Assembly (NCBI GenBank): GCA_044345405.1
Contig: JBIJBE010000004.1
Span: forward strand, 2,405-66,404
Source of the DNA: Bdellovibrionota bacterium
Lineage (GTDB): Bacteria > Bdellovibrionota_C > UBA2361 > OMII01
Direction of reading: 5' to 3'
Length of the DNA: 64,000 nt
Every line of letters begins with the position of its first letter. Positions within the stretch are counted from its first letter, which is position 1. This document shows positions 57,114 to 64,000 of the stretch, piece by piece. The translations under genes and the position numbers were made by a program. Under the pieces are notes generated by a model. The model was not told the origin of the DNA. It saw nothing but the letters and a program-made list of their open reading frames with translations, and did not search any database.

Positions 57114-57874
57114 CACACATCTCTCTTCATCGCCGCGGCACCGTTGGCACCAAGCTCTTTATCCATGGATTCCTCGGGTCAGGGCAGGACTGGCAAGAGA
57201 CGATCGTCGGACTCGCGAGCGATGACACCTGTTATACACTCGACCTTCCTTCGCATGGGGACGCAGGGGAGAACTCACCCCACCTCACCTCATTTGAGGA
57301 TGTGATTATCGAAATAGGAACCGCTCTCCAAAAAGAATGTACCGATCCGCTCCACGGTATCGGGTACTCCCTCGGCGGTCGGATCCTCTTGGGTCTCACA
57401 CACCGCTACCCGGAGCTGTTCAGTCGACTCACCCTGGTCTCGACCTTCCCTGGATTTCAAGATGATAATGCCCGGGACGCTCGCTGGGAATCGGATCTGC
57501 GGTGCAGCGAGCTCCTCCGAACACTCGATACCGAAACCTTTCTCGTGCGGTGGTACGAGCAGGAGACCTTCCACAGCGCCCAGTGGAACGATCAAGCCCG
57601 CGCGAGGATACTCTCTTCGCGGTCATCGCTCTCACTTCCTCGCCTCGCCTCCTTTTTTGAGGCGACCTCGGCAGCGATGATGCCCAACTACTGGCCCCTT
57701 CTCACCTCACTCTCCATACCAACGACCTTTATCGCTGGAGAACGGGACCTGAAGTACGTTCGGATAGGCGAGGACGTTGCGACATCCAATCCGAATATAC
57801 GGCTAGAGGTCATCCCCGACTGCGGTCACGCCATACCCCTCGAAGCACCCGCCATGCTCGCAAAAGCCCTGTAG
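57110..57874 (+). CDS. menH: SHCHC synthase (alpha/beta hydrolase)
   Basis: GYSLGG elbow. Position between menD and menB. Confidence 0.7.
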   Translation: MTHISLHRRGTVGTKLFIHGFLGSGQDWQETIVGLASDDTCYTLDLPSHGDAGENSPHLTSFEDVIIEIGTALQKECTDPLHGIGYSLGGRILLGLTHRYPELFSRLTLVSTFPGFQDDNARDARWESDLRCSELLRTLDTETFLVRWYEQETFHSAQWNDQARARILSSRSSLSLPRLASFFEATSAAMMPNYWPLLTSLSIPTTFIAGERDLKYVRIGEDVATSNPNIRLEVIPDCGHAIPLEAPAMLAKAL

Positions 57875-57959
57875 ATTCAAGAAGGTACGCCACCTGTCCT
57901 TTCCGATCGCGTTTTGACCCCCTCCCTCCCTCATGGTATGAACCCCTCGGAGTTTCACT

Positions 57960-58781
57960 ATGACCACATTCCCTTGGAAAACCGCCGCGAAGTTTGAGGA
58001 TATCCGATACGAAACCCTCGATGGGATCGCGAAGATCACGATCAACCGTCCTCAGGTACGTAACGCCTTCCGGCCCCTCACCGTCACCGAGATGGGTCAA
58101 GCACTTGAGATGGCGCGCGAAGATGAGGAGATCGGTGTCATCATCCTTACGGGTGAAGGACCGCACGCCTTCTGCTCAGGTGGAGATCAAAAGATCCGTG
58201 GAGACTCAGGCTACAAAGACGGCAAAGGGAAGCACCGCCTCAACGTTCTCGATCTGCAACGACAGATCCGCACCTGCCCGAAGCCCGTTGTCGCGATGGT
58301 AGCTGGATACGCTATCGGTGGAGGACACGTGCTTCACGTTGTGTGCGATCTCACCATCGCCGCTGACAACGCGATATTTGGACAGACCGGACCAAAAGTT
58401 GGCTCCTTTGATGGTGGATTCGGCTCTTCGTATCTGGCACGCATCGTTGGTCAAAAGAAGGCACGAGAGATCTGGTTCCTCTGTCGTCAATACAACGCGC
58501 AACAAGCGCTCGATATGGGGCTCGTAAACACCGTTGTCCCACTCGCCGATCTTGAGAAGGAGACGGTCTCCTGGTGCCGAGAGATGTTAGATAAATCACC
58601 ACTCGCGCTTCGATGCCTCAAAGCCGCGCTGAACGCCGATTGCGATGGACAGAGCGGTCTTCAAGAGCTCGCTGGCAACGCGACCCTCCTCTACTACATG
58701 AGCGAAGAGGCGCAGGAGGGCCGAGACGCTTTTGTTCAGAAACGGAAACCGAACTTCTCCAAGTTCCCGAAGCGACCATAA
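57960..58781 (+). CDS. menB: 1,4-dihydroxy-2-naphthoyl-CoA synthase
   Basis: Crotonase fold with highly typical MenB sequence ([15 protein letters not shown]). Confidence 0.9.
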   Translation: MTTFPWKTAAKFEDIRYETLDGIAKITINRPQVRNAFRPLTVTEMGQALEMAREDEEIGVIILTGEGPHAFCSGGDQKIRGDSGYKDGKGKHRLNVLDLQRQIRTCPKPVVAMVAGYAIGGGHVLHVVCDLTIAADNAIFGQTGPKVGSFDGGFGSSYLARIVGQKKAREIWFLCRQYNAQQALDMGLVNTVVPLADLEKETVSWCREMLDKSPLALRCLKAALNADCDGQSGLQELAGNATLLYYMSEEAQEGRDAFVQKRKPNFSKFPKRP

Positions 58782-58791
58782 GAGGAACCTC

Positions 58792-59667
58792 ATGAGCGCC
58801 AAGGTCTGGATCGACGCCGCGAGACCGAAGACCCTGGGAGCCTCCCTCGCCCCGATACTTATCGGCGCGGCGCTGGCATATCGACACGGCGCGTTCTCTC
58901 CACTCATGACCTTCATCGCGCTCACCTCCGCGCTCTGCATCCAAATTGGGACGAATTTTTGCAACGACTACTGCGACTTTAAAAAGGGCGCTGATGCGCA
59001 ACGGGTTGGCCCCGTTCGAGCGACGCAGGCTGGTCTTATAGCTCCTGAGACGATGCTACGCGCGACTGTCATTACCTTCGCGCTTGCCGTGGCGCTCGGA
59101 GCGATCTTGGTCGCTCATGGTGGAGCACCGATCCTGATTATCGGCATACTCTCCGTCGCTTTTGGCGCCCTCTACACCGCGGGGCCGTATCCTCTCGCCT
59201 ACATCGGATTAGGAGACCTCTTCGTACTGATATTCTTCGGACCGGTGGCGGTGGCGGGGACCTACTATGTCAACGCACTCGCGTGGTCCACTGACGCCAT
59301 ACTACTCGGGCTTATTCCTGGTCTCTTAGCGGTTGGAATTCTCATCGTTAACAATCTCCGCGATTATGAGTCGGACCGCCTGGCGCGAAAACGCACACTC
59401 GTGGTGACCTTTGGTGAACGGTTCGGCAAATATGAGTATCTCGCGTGCGTCGTAAGCCCCGTCATCATCGCCTCAGTTGAGGCACATCTCCTTGGAGGCA
59501 CAGGAACGCTGGTTATCGCTCTTCTTTCTGCCCTCGCGGGTGGATTCCTCGCGTTCCGTCTCATGAGGCTTCGGGGAGCAGCTCTTAATCCATTTCTTCC
59601 GGCCACAAATATATTACTGATTACGACCTCTCTACTCGTGGCGTTCTTTGTGGCGTACCCTCTATGA
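58792..59667 (+). CDS. menA: 1,4-dihydroxy-2-naphthoate polyprenyltransferase
   Basis: UbiA-family NDYCDFKKG motif with TM helices. Start at the internal ATG that has an SD. Confidence 0.85.
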   Translation: MSAKVWIDAARPKTLGASLAPILIGAALAYRHGAFSPLMTFIALTSALCIQIGTNFCNDYCDFKKGADAQRVGPVRATQAGLIAPETMLRATVITFALAVALGAILVAHGGAPILIIGILSVAFGALYTAGPYPLAYIGLGDLFVLIFFGPVAVAGTYYVNALAWSTDAILLGLIPGLLAVGILIVNNLRDYESDRLARKRTLVVTFGERFGKYEYLACVVSPVIIASVEAHLLGGTGTLVIALLSALAGGFLAFRLMRLRGAALNPFLPATNILLITTSLLVAFFVAYPL

Positions 59668-60722
59668 ACGAGACAACTCTTAACGAAAGGGTTTCAACCC
59701 TCCGGACATCGCTCTCCCTCACAACGCCCCTCTCGTTTCTTGCGGGAGATGGCACCCAACGCGATATCGCCTTCGTTATCCTCCGGGATGTAACGGGAGT
59801 ACCGCACTACGGTGAGATATCGCCACTCCCTGGCTTTAGCGTCGAGAGGATTGAGGACGCTCTCAGTGAGCTCGATGCTATCGCGTTCGCGATTCCTCCT
59901 ATTGAATCGGTAAGCCTCCCACTTTCTCCGGTGTGGACCTTATTTCTCCGCACGATTCAGTGCCCGTCCTTACGGTGCGGCATAGAGGGAGCGATCCTTG
60001 ATCGCCTCGCGCGCTCGGGCGCCTTAATGGATGCTATCGCAAGGCGCCCAACGGTACCGTGCAACGCCCTCATTATGGTTGGAGAGGAAAAGGAGACGCT
60101 CCGTCAGATAACAGATCGAGTGGCTCTTGGATTTGAAACCCTAAAGATAAAGATCTCGCCTCAGTCGGTGGAATCAACCCTTCGCGCCCTACGCGCTTCA
60201 AACCTCTCCCCAAGAACACGCCTTCGCCTCGACGCTAATCGCTCCTTTACCACACAGGAGTGGTCTTCAGTGACCAAGGAGCTTTCGACCCTGCCGATTG
60301 AATACATCGAGGAACCGGTCCGCACACCGGAGGAACTTCCAGCGATCATCAAGAGCGGTGGTATTCCGATCGCGATCGACGAGACGACCCGCGACACAGC
60401 GCCAGAGGAGTGGCTCAGATGGGGACTCCGCGCGGTGGTACTCAAACCATCTCTCAACGGCGGACTCCTCTCCCTCCTTCCCCTTATCTCGATGATTGAA
60501 AGGAACGGAGCGTACGTAACACTGAGTTCAAGCTTTGAGTCGGGTGTGGGGCTTCGTTCACTTACGCTTCTCACCACACTCATGGATCGGTGTGGCCCGA
60601 TCGGTGTCGACACCGCCTCTTTCATAAAGGGGGATCTCACAGAGCCGTCCTTCCCCCGTTCAACGCCGAACATCGATCTCCGAGAACTTATTTCGACACG
60701 ATATATCGGAGGTAATCAATGA
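59664..60722 (+). CDS. menC: o-succinylbenzoate synthase
   Basis: Enolase-superfamily pattern (LKIKI, LRLDANRSF, IEYIEEP, IAIDET). Confidence 0.75.
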   Translation: MNETTLNERVSTLRTSLSLTTPLSFLAGDGTQRDIAFVILRDVTGVPHYGEISPLPGFSVERIEDALSELDAIAFAIPPIESVSLPLSPVWTLFLRTIQCPSLRCGIEGAILDRLARSGALMDAIARRPTVPCNALIMVGEEKETLRQITDRVALGFETLKIKISPQSVESTLRALRASNLSPRTRLRLDANRSFTTQEWSSVTKELSTLPIEYIEEPVRTPEELPAIIKSGGIPIAIDETTRDTAPEEWLRWGLRAVVLKPSLNGGLLSLLPLISMIERNGAYVTLSSSFESGVGLRSLTLLTTLMDRCGPIGVDTASFIKGDLTEPSFPRSTPNIDLRELISTRYIGGNQ

Positions 60723-62080
60723 ACCTCGTCGCGGAGATCCTGACTCATCCAATTGACGAACCATTCATCGTAGATGAGGATCTGAAGCTCTCGTATGGCG
60801 AGATGACAAAAGCGGTTACAACGCTACGCGCGCTCACAGCGAGCCAGGGCATCTCGCCTCAGTCCGTTGTGGCACTTCGTGCAGGGCAGGATACCGCTTC
60901 GGTCCTCACCCTCCTGGCGCTCCTTGAGATGGAGTGCTCGGTTTTAGTGGTTCACACTCGATGGCCTGACACAATGCTCAGTGAGGCTCTCAAGAGGGCA
61001 CGCGCGAGTCACATCCTTACCCCTAGAACACACACGGAGGTCGAGGTTCAACCAATTTCGGCTTCGCACGTCCCTCCCTCATGGGCAACAGGCGCGTCAG
61101 TGATAGTGGCGACCTCAGGAAGCACCGGGGTTCCTAAACTCGCGCTCCTCTCCCTCTCATCGCTCCTCGCGAGCGCTCGAACATCCGCGCCAGCGTGCGC
61201 GTTGACGAGGCATGATCGTTGGCAGCTCTCGCTTCCCCTCTTTCACGTTGGAGGTCTCGGTATCCTTTTTCGATCGCTCGTTACTGGAAGCTCCATCTCT
61301 CTTACCAGATCTGACGACGGCATCGCGGATGCGGCGACAACCCATCTTTCATTAGTACCCACCCAGCTCTACCGTCTTCTGAGAGAAGCGAATTACCGCG
61401 AAGCGCTTCGACAAAAAAGATGTGTCATGCTTGGAGGTGCCCCGATCGGAACACGAGTCCTCCGCGAAGCGATCGAAGTAGGGATACCGGTTATGACAAC
61501 GTACGGCCTCACCGAGATGGGATCGGTGGTCACGCTCGCGTCCACACCGGTCATCTTAGAAGATGGAACTGTATCACTTGGACGACCACTTCCAGGCAGA
61601 GAGATACGCCTCTCGTCAGATGGCGAGGTGCTTACGCGCGGTGAGACCCTCTTTCAGGGATACATCACTACCGATGCGCTTTCCCTCCGGTGCGATGAAG
61701 AAGGTTGGTTTGCCACCGGCGACCTCGGAGAGATCCTTTCCGATGGAACACTCGCCATTATTGGGCGCAAGGACGCTCAATTTGTCTCTGGTGGAGAAAA
61801 TATTCACCCAGAGATGATCGAGAATGCTCTTACCTCTCTTCCGGGGATCATAGCGGCGTGCGTTGTGCCAATGCCGAACGCTGAGTTCGGACACCGACCG
61901 TTCGCGTTCGTTGTATCGCAGGGTGCCTCACTGGACCTTAACGAGATTCGAGAAGCCCTTCGTCCGCTCATACCGAGCTTCGCTCTTCCAATCGGGGTTC
62001 AAGAAGCTCCCGCCGAGCTTCTCACACCAACCGGTAAGATTAGTCGGGCGATGGCAGTTCAGGTGGCGGCCAATCGGTAA
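60719..62080 (+). CDS. menE: o-succinylbenzoate-CoA ligase
   Basis: Adenylate-forming motifs (TSGSTGVPK, TYGLTE, GDLG). 453 aa. Confidence 0.8.
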   Translation: MNLVAEILTHPIDEPFIVDEDLKLSYGEMTKAVTTLRALTASQGISPQSVVALRAGQDTASVLTLLALLEMECSVLVVHTRWPDTMLSEALKRARASHILTPRTHTEVEVQPISASHVPPSWATGASVIVATSGSTGVPKLALLSLSSLLASARTSAPACALTRHDRWQLSLPLFHVGGLGILFRSLVTGSSISLTRSDDGIADAATTHLSLVPTQLYRLLREANYREALRQKRCVMLGGAPIGTRVLREAIEVGIPVMTTYGLTEMGSVVTLASTPVILEDGTVSLGRPLPGREIRLSSDGEVLTRGETLFQGYITTDALSLRCDEEGWFATGDLGEILSDGTLAIIGRKDAQFVSGGENIHPEMIENALTSLPGIIAACVVPMPNAEFGHRPFAFVVSQGASLDLNEIREALRPLIPSFALPIGVQEAPAELLTPTGKISRAMAVQVAANR

Positions 62081-62296
62081 CCGCTCCCCCCGTTTTTGCC
62101 CCTGTTTCAGCGTGCAACGACGATCGGGAACTTTCCCGGAGAACCAACTGGTTAGCGGGGGAGTCGGAGCCTCCCTGCTCAAGAGGCCCCCAACCTTCTT
62201 GACTACAAACGTACCTGGCGTCATTGTCCTCGGCTGACCAGATATGAGAGCCGCAGGCAACAACAGCGGCGCCTGATCAGGTTCGGAGGGATAGAG

Positions 62297-63034
62297 ATGA
62301 CGACACTACACAATGTATTGCGAGCAGATGCGCGAGTAGACAATTTCGGAGGCTCGCTCTCAAGATTCTGCCAGGAGGCCCTCAGGGGAGCGCTCCAATC
62401 GGTTGACCACTTTTATGGGTACGCTCTCTTTGAGAGCCCCTCACCCCCTAAAGTTGAACTTGCTTCGACCGAGATCGTGCGAGAGTTAGTCGCTATCGGC
62501 GTAAAGGTCCTTGAAATTGAGAACAAACGCAATCACGTTCTTATAACACCAGACATGGCAAAGAAACTGGAGGTGATTTTTCGACATCTGCCTGATACGG
62601 TATCCCGAGAAGGATGGTCGTCGAGTCTCATAAATGCCGTGAGTGGCAGATGCAAGGACATGGCGTGTTGCCAAGACGAAAAGCAAGACCCTCACCGTAA
62701 TTTGCTCTACCACGCAGTGCTCGGAAGCCTCCTGCGACTCGAGTCTATTCCACCATCAATCGCGTATCCGACGCTAAGAATGATCGCTCAATGGGGAGAC
62801 CTAAAGAAGGTCGCGATGGGCCAGGCCGATGGTCAACTCTCGACTCCATACTGGACCTCCACCTTAGAGATCGGTCAACAACTCATACGGATGGTATCTG
62901 ATGTTTTTGACGAGATAAGCGCGCAAAAGCCGTACGACGCGACTAAGCACCAACTTTCCGCGGCGGGCGTTCAACGCGCGCTCAACATACTTGCGACAGA
63001 CCCCATGATCGCAAAGCTTATGACACCATCATGA
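62297..63034 (+). CDS. hypothetical protein, 245 aa
   Basis: ORF only. Confidence 0.45.
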   Translation: MTTLHNVLRADARVDNFGGSLSRFCQEALRGALQSVDHFYGYALFESPSPPKVELASTEIVRELVAIGVKVLEIENKRNHVLITPDMAKKLEVIFRHLPDTVSREGWSSSLINAVSGRCKDMACCQDEKQDPHRNLLYHAVLGSLLRLESIPPSIAYPTLRMIAQWGDLKKVAMGQADGQLSTPYWTSTLEIGQQLIRMVSDVFDEISAQKPYDATKHQLSAAGVQRALNILATDPMIAKLMTPS

Positions 63035-63176
63035 ATCGGGTGAAACCAACTATGCATTCCCGTGACCAGGTGCCTACATTCTAATGCAGCCCCTAGCCCG
63101 ACGCTTCCGCTCGCAAGTACTGGAGGGATGCTCAGCTACTCATAGACACGCCGCAGCTCAGTTTCGGTACATAGGT

Positions 63177-63199
63177 AATCCGTCTTCACCAGACGGATT
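63177..63199. terminator. hairpin aatccgtct-tcacc-agacggatt between convergent genes
   Basis: 9-bp perfect stem with no clean T-run. Confidence 0.4.
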
Positions 63200-63242
63200 G
63201 GTCAGACTATTTTTGTCTATCTAAAATTTTAGGGCACCATCA

Positions 63243-64000
63243 TTAGCGAACCAGCGCGATCGTATCTTTGATAATATCGCTAGCCGTTGAGATCACCTTT
63301 GAGTTCGCGCCATACGCTCGTTGGAGAACCACAAGCTCCACGAACTGTCCGGCGAGATCAACGTTAGAATACTCAAGCGATTGCGTGAGAAGCTTGCTTC
63401 TCGCTCCAGTGCCCGCGATACCGGAGGTAATCCCACCCGATTTATCAGTAGTCGCGAAGGTCGAAGTTCCGCTTCGAGCAAGACCATCGCGATTGGTAAC
63501 GGTCGCGACGGAGATCGTTCCAACGCGAGCGGTCTGTCCGTTAGTTAGACGGGCGTTAATAACTCCCTGGCCGTTTATCTCATAGCCAGAGATCTCACCC
63601 ACTCCCTGGCCGTTCTGCGCGTAGTTGGTAACTAACGTCGCCCCAGCGAATTGAGAAAAGGCGCTTAAATCCGCGGTGATCGTCGAAGGAGCGGCTCCGG
63701 TCGACCAGGTAGCGTTGATGTTCATCACGGCTTGAGCTGCCCCCTGTTGTGACAGTCGCCCATCGGTGTCAAAGGTGAGTTGTGTGGACCCTATCAACAC
63801 CGGCTGATCAGCGGCCTGACCAACATCCGCGCCGTTCGCGTACGCTTGAACGGTCCATGTGTTCAATCCGGTCCGATAGTAGCCGAATACAACCTCATGC
63901 CGAGCGCCGAGCGAATCATACACCGACACGGTGGTGGTTGAGGCTGCGGTATTATTTATCTCCTGGAAATTCAGTGGCACTTGGGGAGGCGTGGACGAGT
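63243..64000 (-). CDS. flgE: flagellar hook protein FlgE, C-terminal part (runs off the window)
   Basis: C-terminus LEYSNVDLAGQFVELVVLQRAYGANSKVISTASDII. The frame stays open to position 64000. Confidence 0.8.
   Translation of the reverse strand, partial: SSTPPQVPLNFQEINNTAASTTTVSVYDSLGARHEVVFGYYRTGLNTWTVQAYANGADVGQAADQPVLIGSTQLTFDTDGRLSQQGAAQAVMNINATWSTGAAPSTITADLSAFSQFAGATLVTNYAQNGQGVGEISGYEINGQGVINARLTNGQTARVGTISVATVTNRDGLARSGTSTFATTDKSGGITSGIAGTGARSKLLTQSLEYSNVDLAGQFVELVVLQRAYGANSKVISTASDIIKDTIALVR

Overview
This is a chromosomal window of about 55% GC (by eye) from a flagellated, menaquinone-using bacterium. The gene content looks Bdellovibrionota/Myxococcota-like, but that lineage guess is weak. 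All calls come from reading the ORF translations and the DNA; no homology search was run.

Housekeeping content:
- A complete classical menaquinone operon (thioesterase-menFDHBACE, 53.6-62.1 kb).
- gltA, coaE, htpX, murJ, a PFK, a cyclophilin and a DsbA-like protein.
- fliH-fliI, csrA-fliW and the 3' end of flgE.
- aguA-aguB, homospermidine synthase, and a pair of U32 proteins.

No rRNA gene, intact tRNA gene or CRISPR array was seen.

Unusual content:
1. A RAYT-like Y1 transposase sits at 294-1268, next to a truncated paralogue. The following 12 kb is dense with 115-123 bp REPIN-like elements whose core is GTAGGGTGTACCAG.
2. A second, unrelated palindromic REP family (GGGAGGGCG-NN-CATTCCTG-NN-CGCC) occurs at three intergenic loci. 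The variable stem dinucleotides change in a compensatory way.
3. A near-identical 522 bp direct repeat, carrying a 160-aa orphan gene, brackets a fused membrane/spermidine-synthase-like gene. This forms an excisable or amplifiable cassette.
4. CsrA carries a roughly 95-aa C-terminal extension with a CxxC...CxxC zinc ribbon and is translationally coupled to fliW.
5. Two secreted YD-repeat proteins are present. The second has four InlB-B-repeat-like modules and a Cys-knot-like tail. An AT-richer island follows, with an orphan secreted protein and a CCA-type HD phosphohydrolase.

I cannot prove that any of these is a new system. The REP/RAYT-shaped region at 0.3-13 kb and the YD locus plus island at 45.7-53.5 kb are the best candidates.
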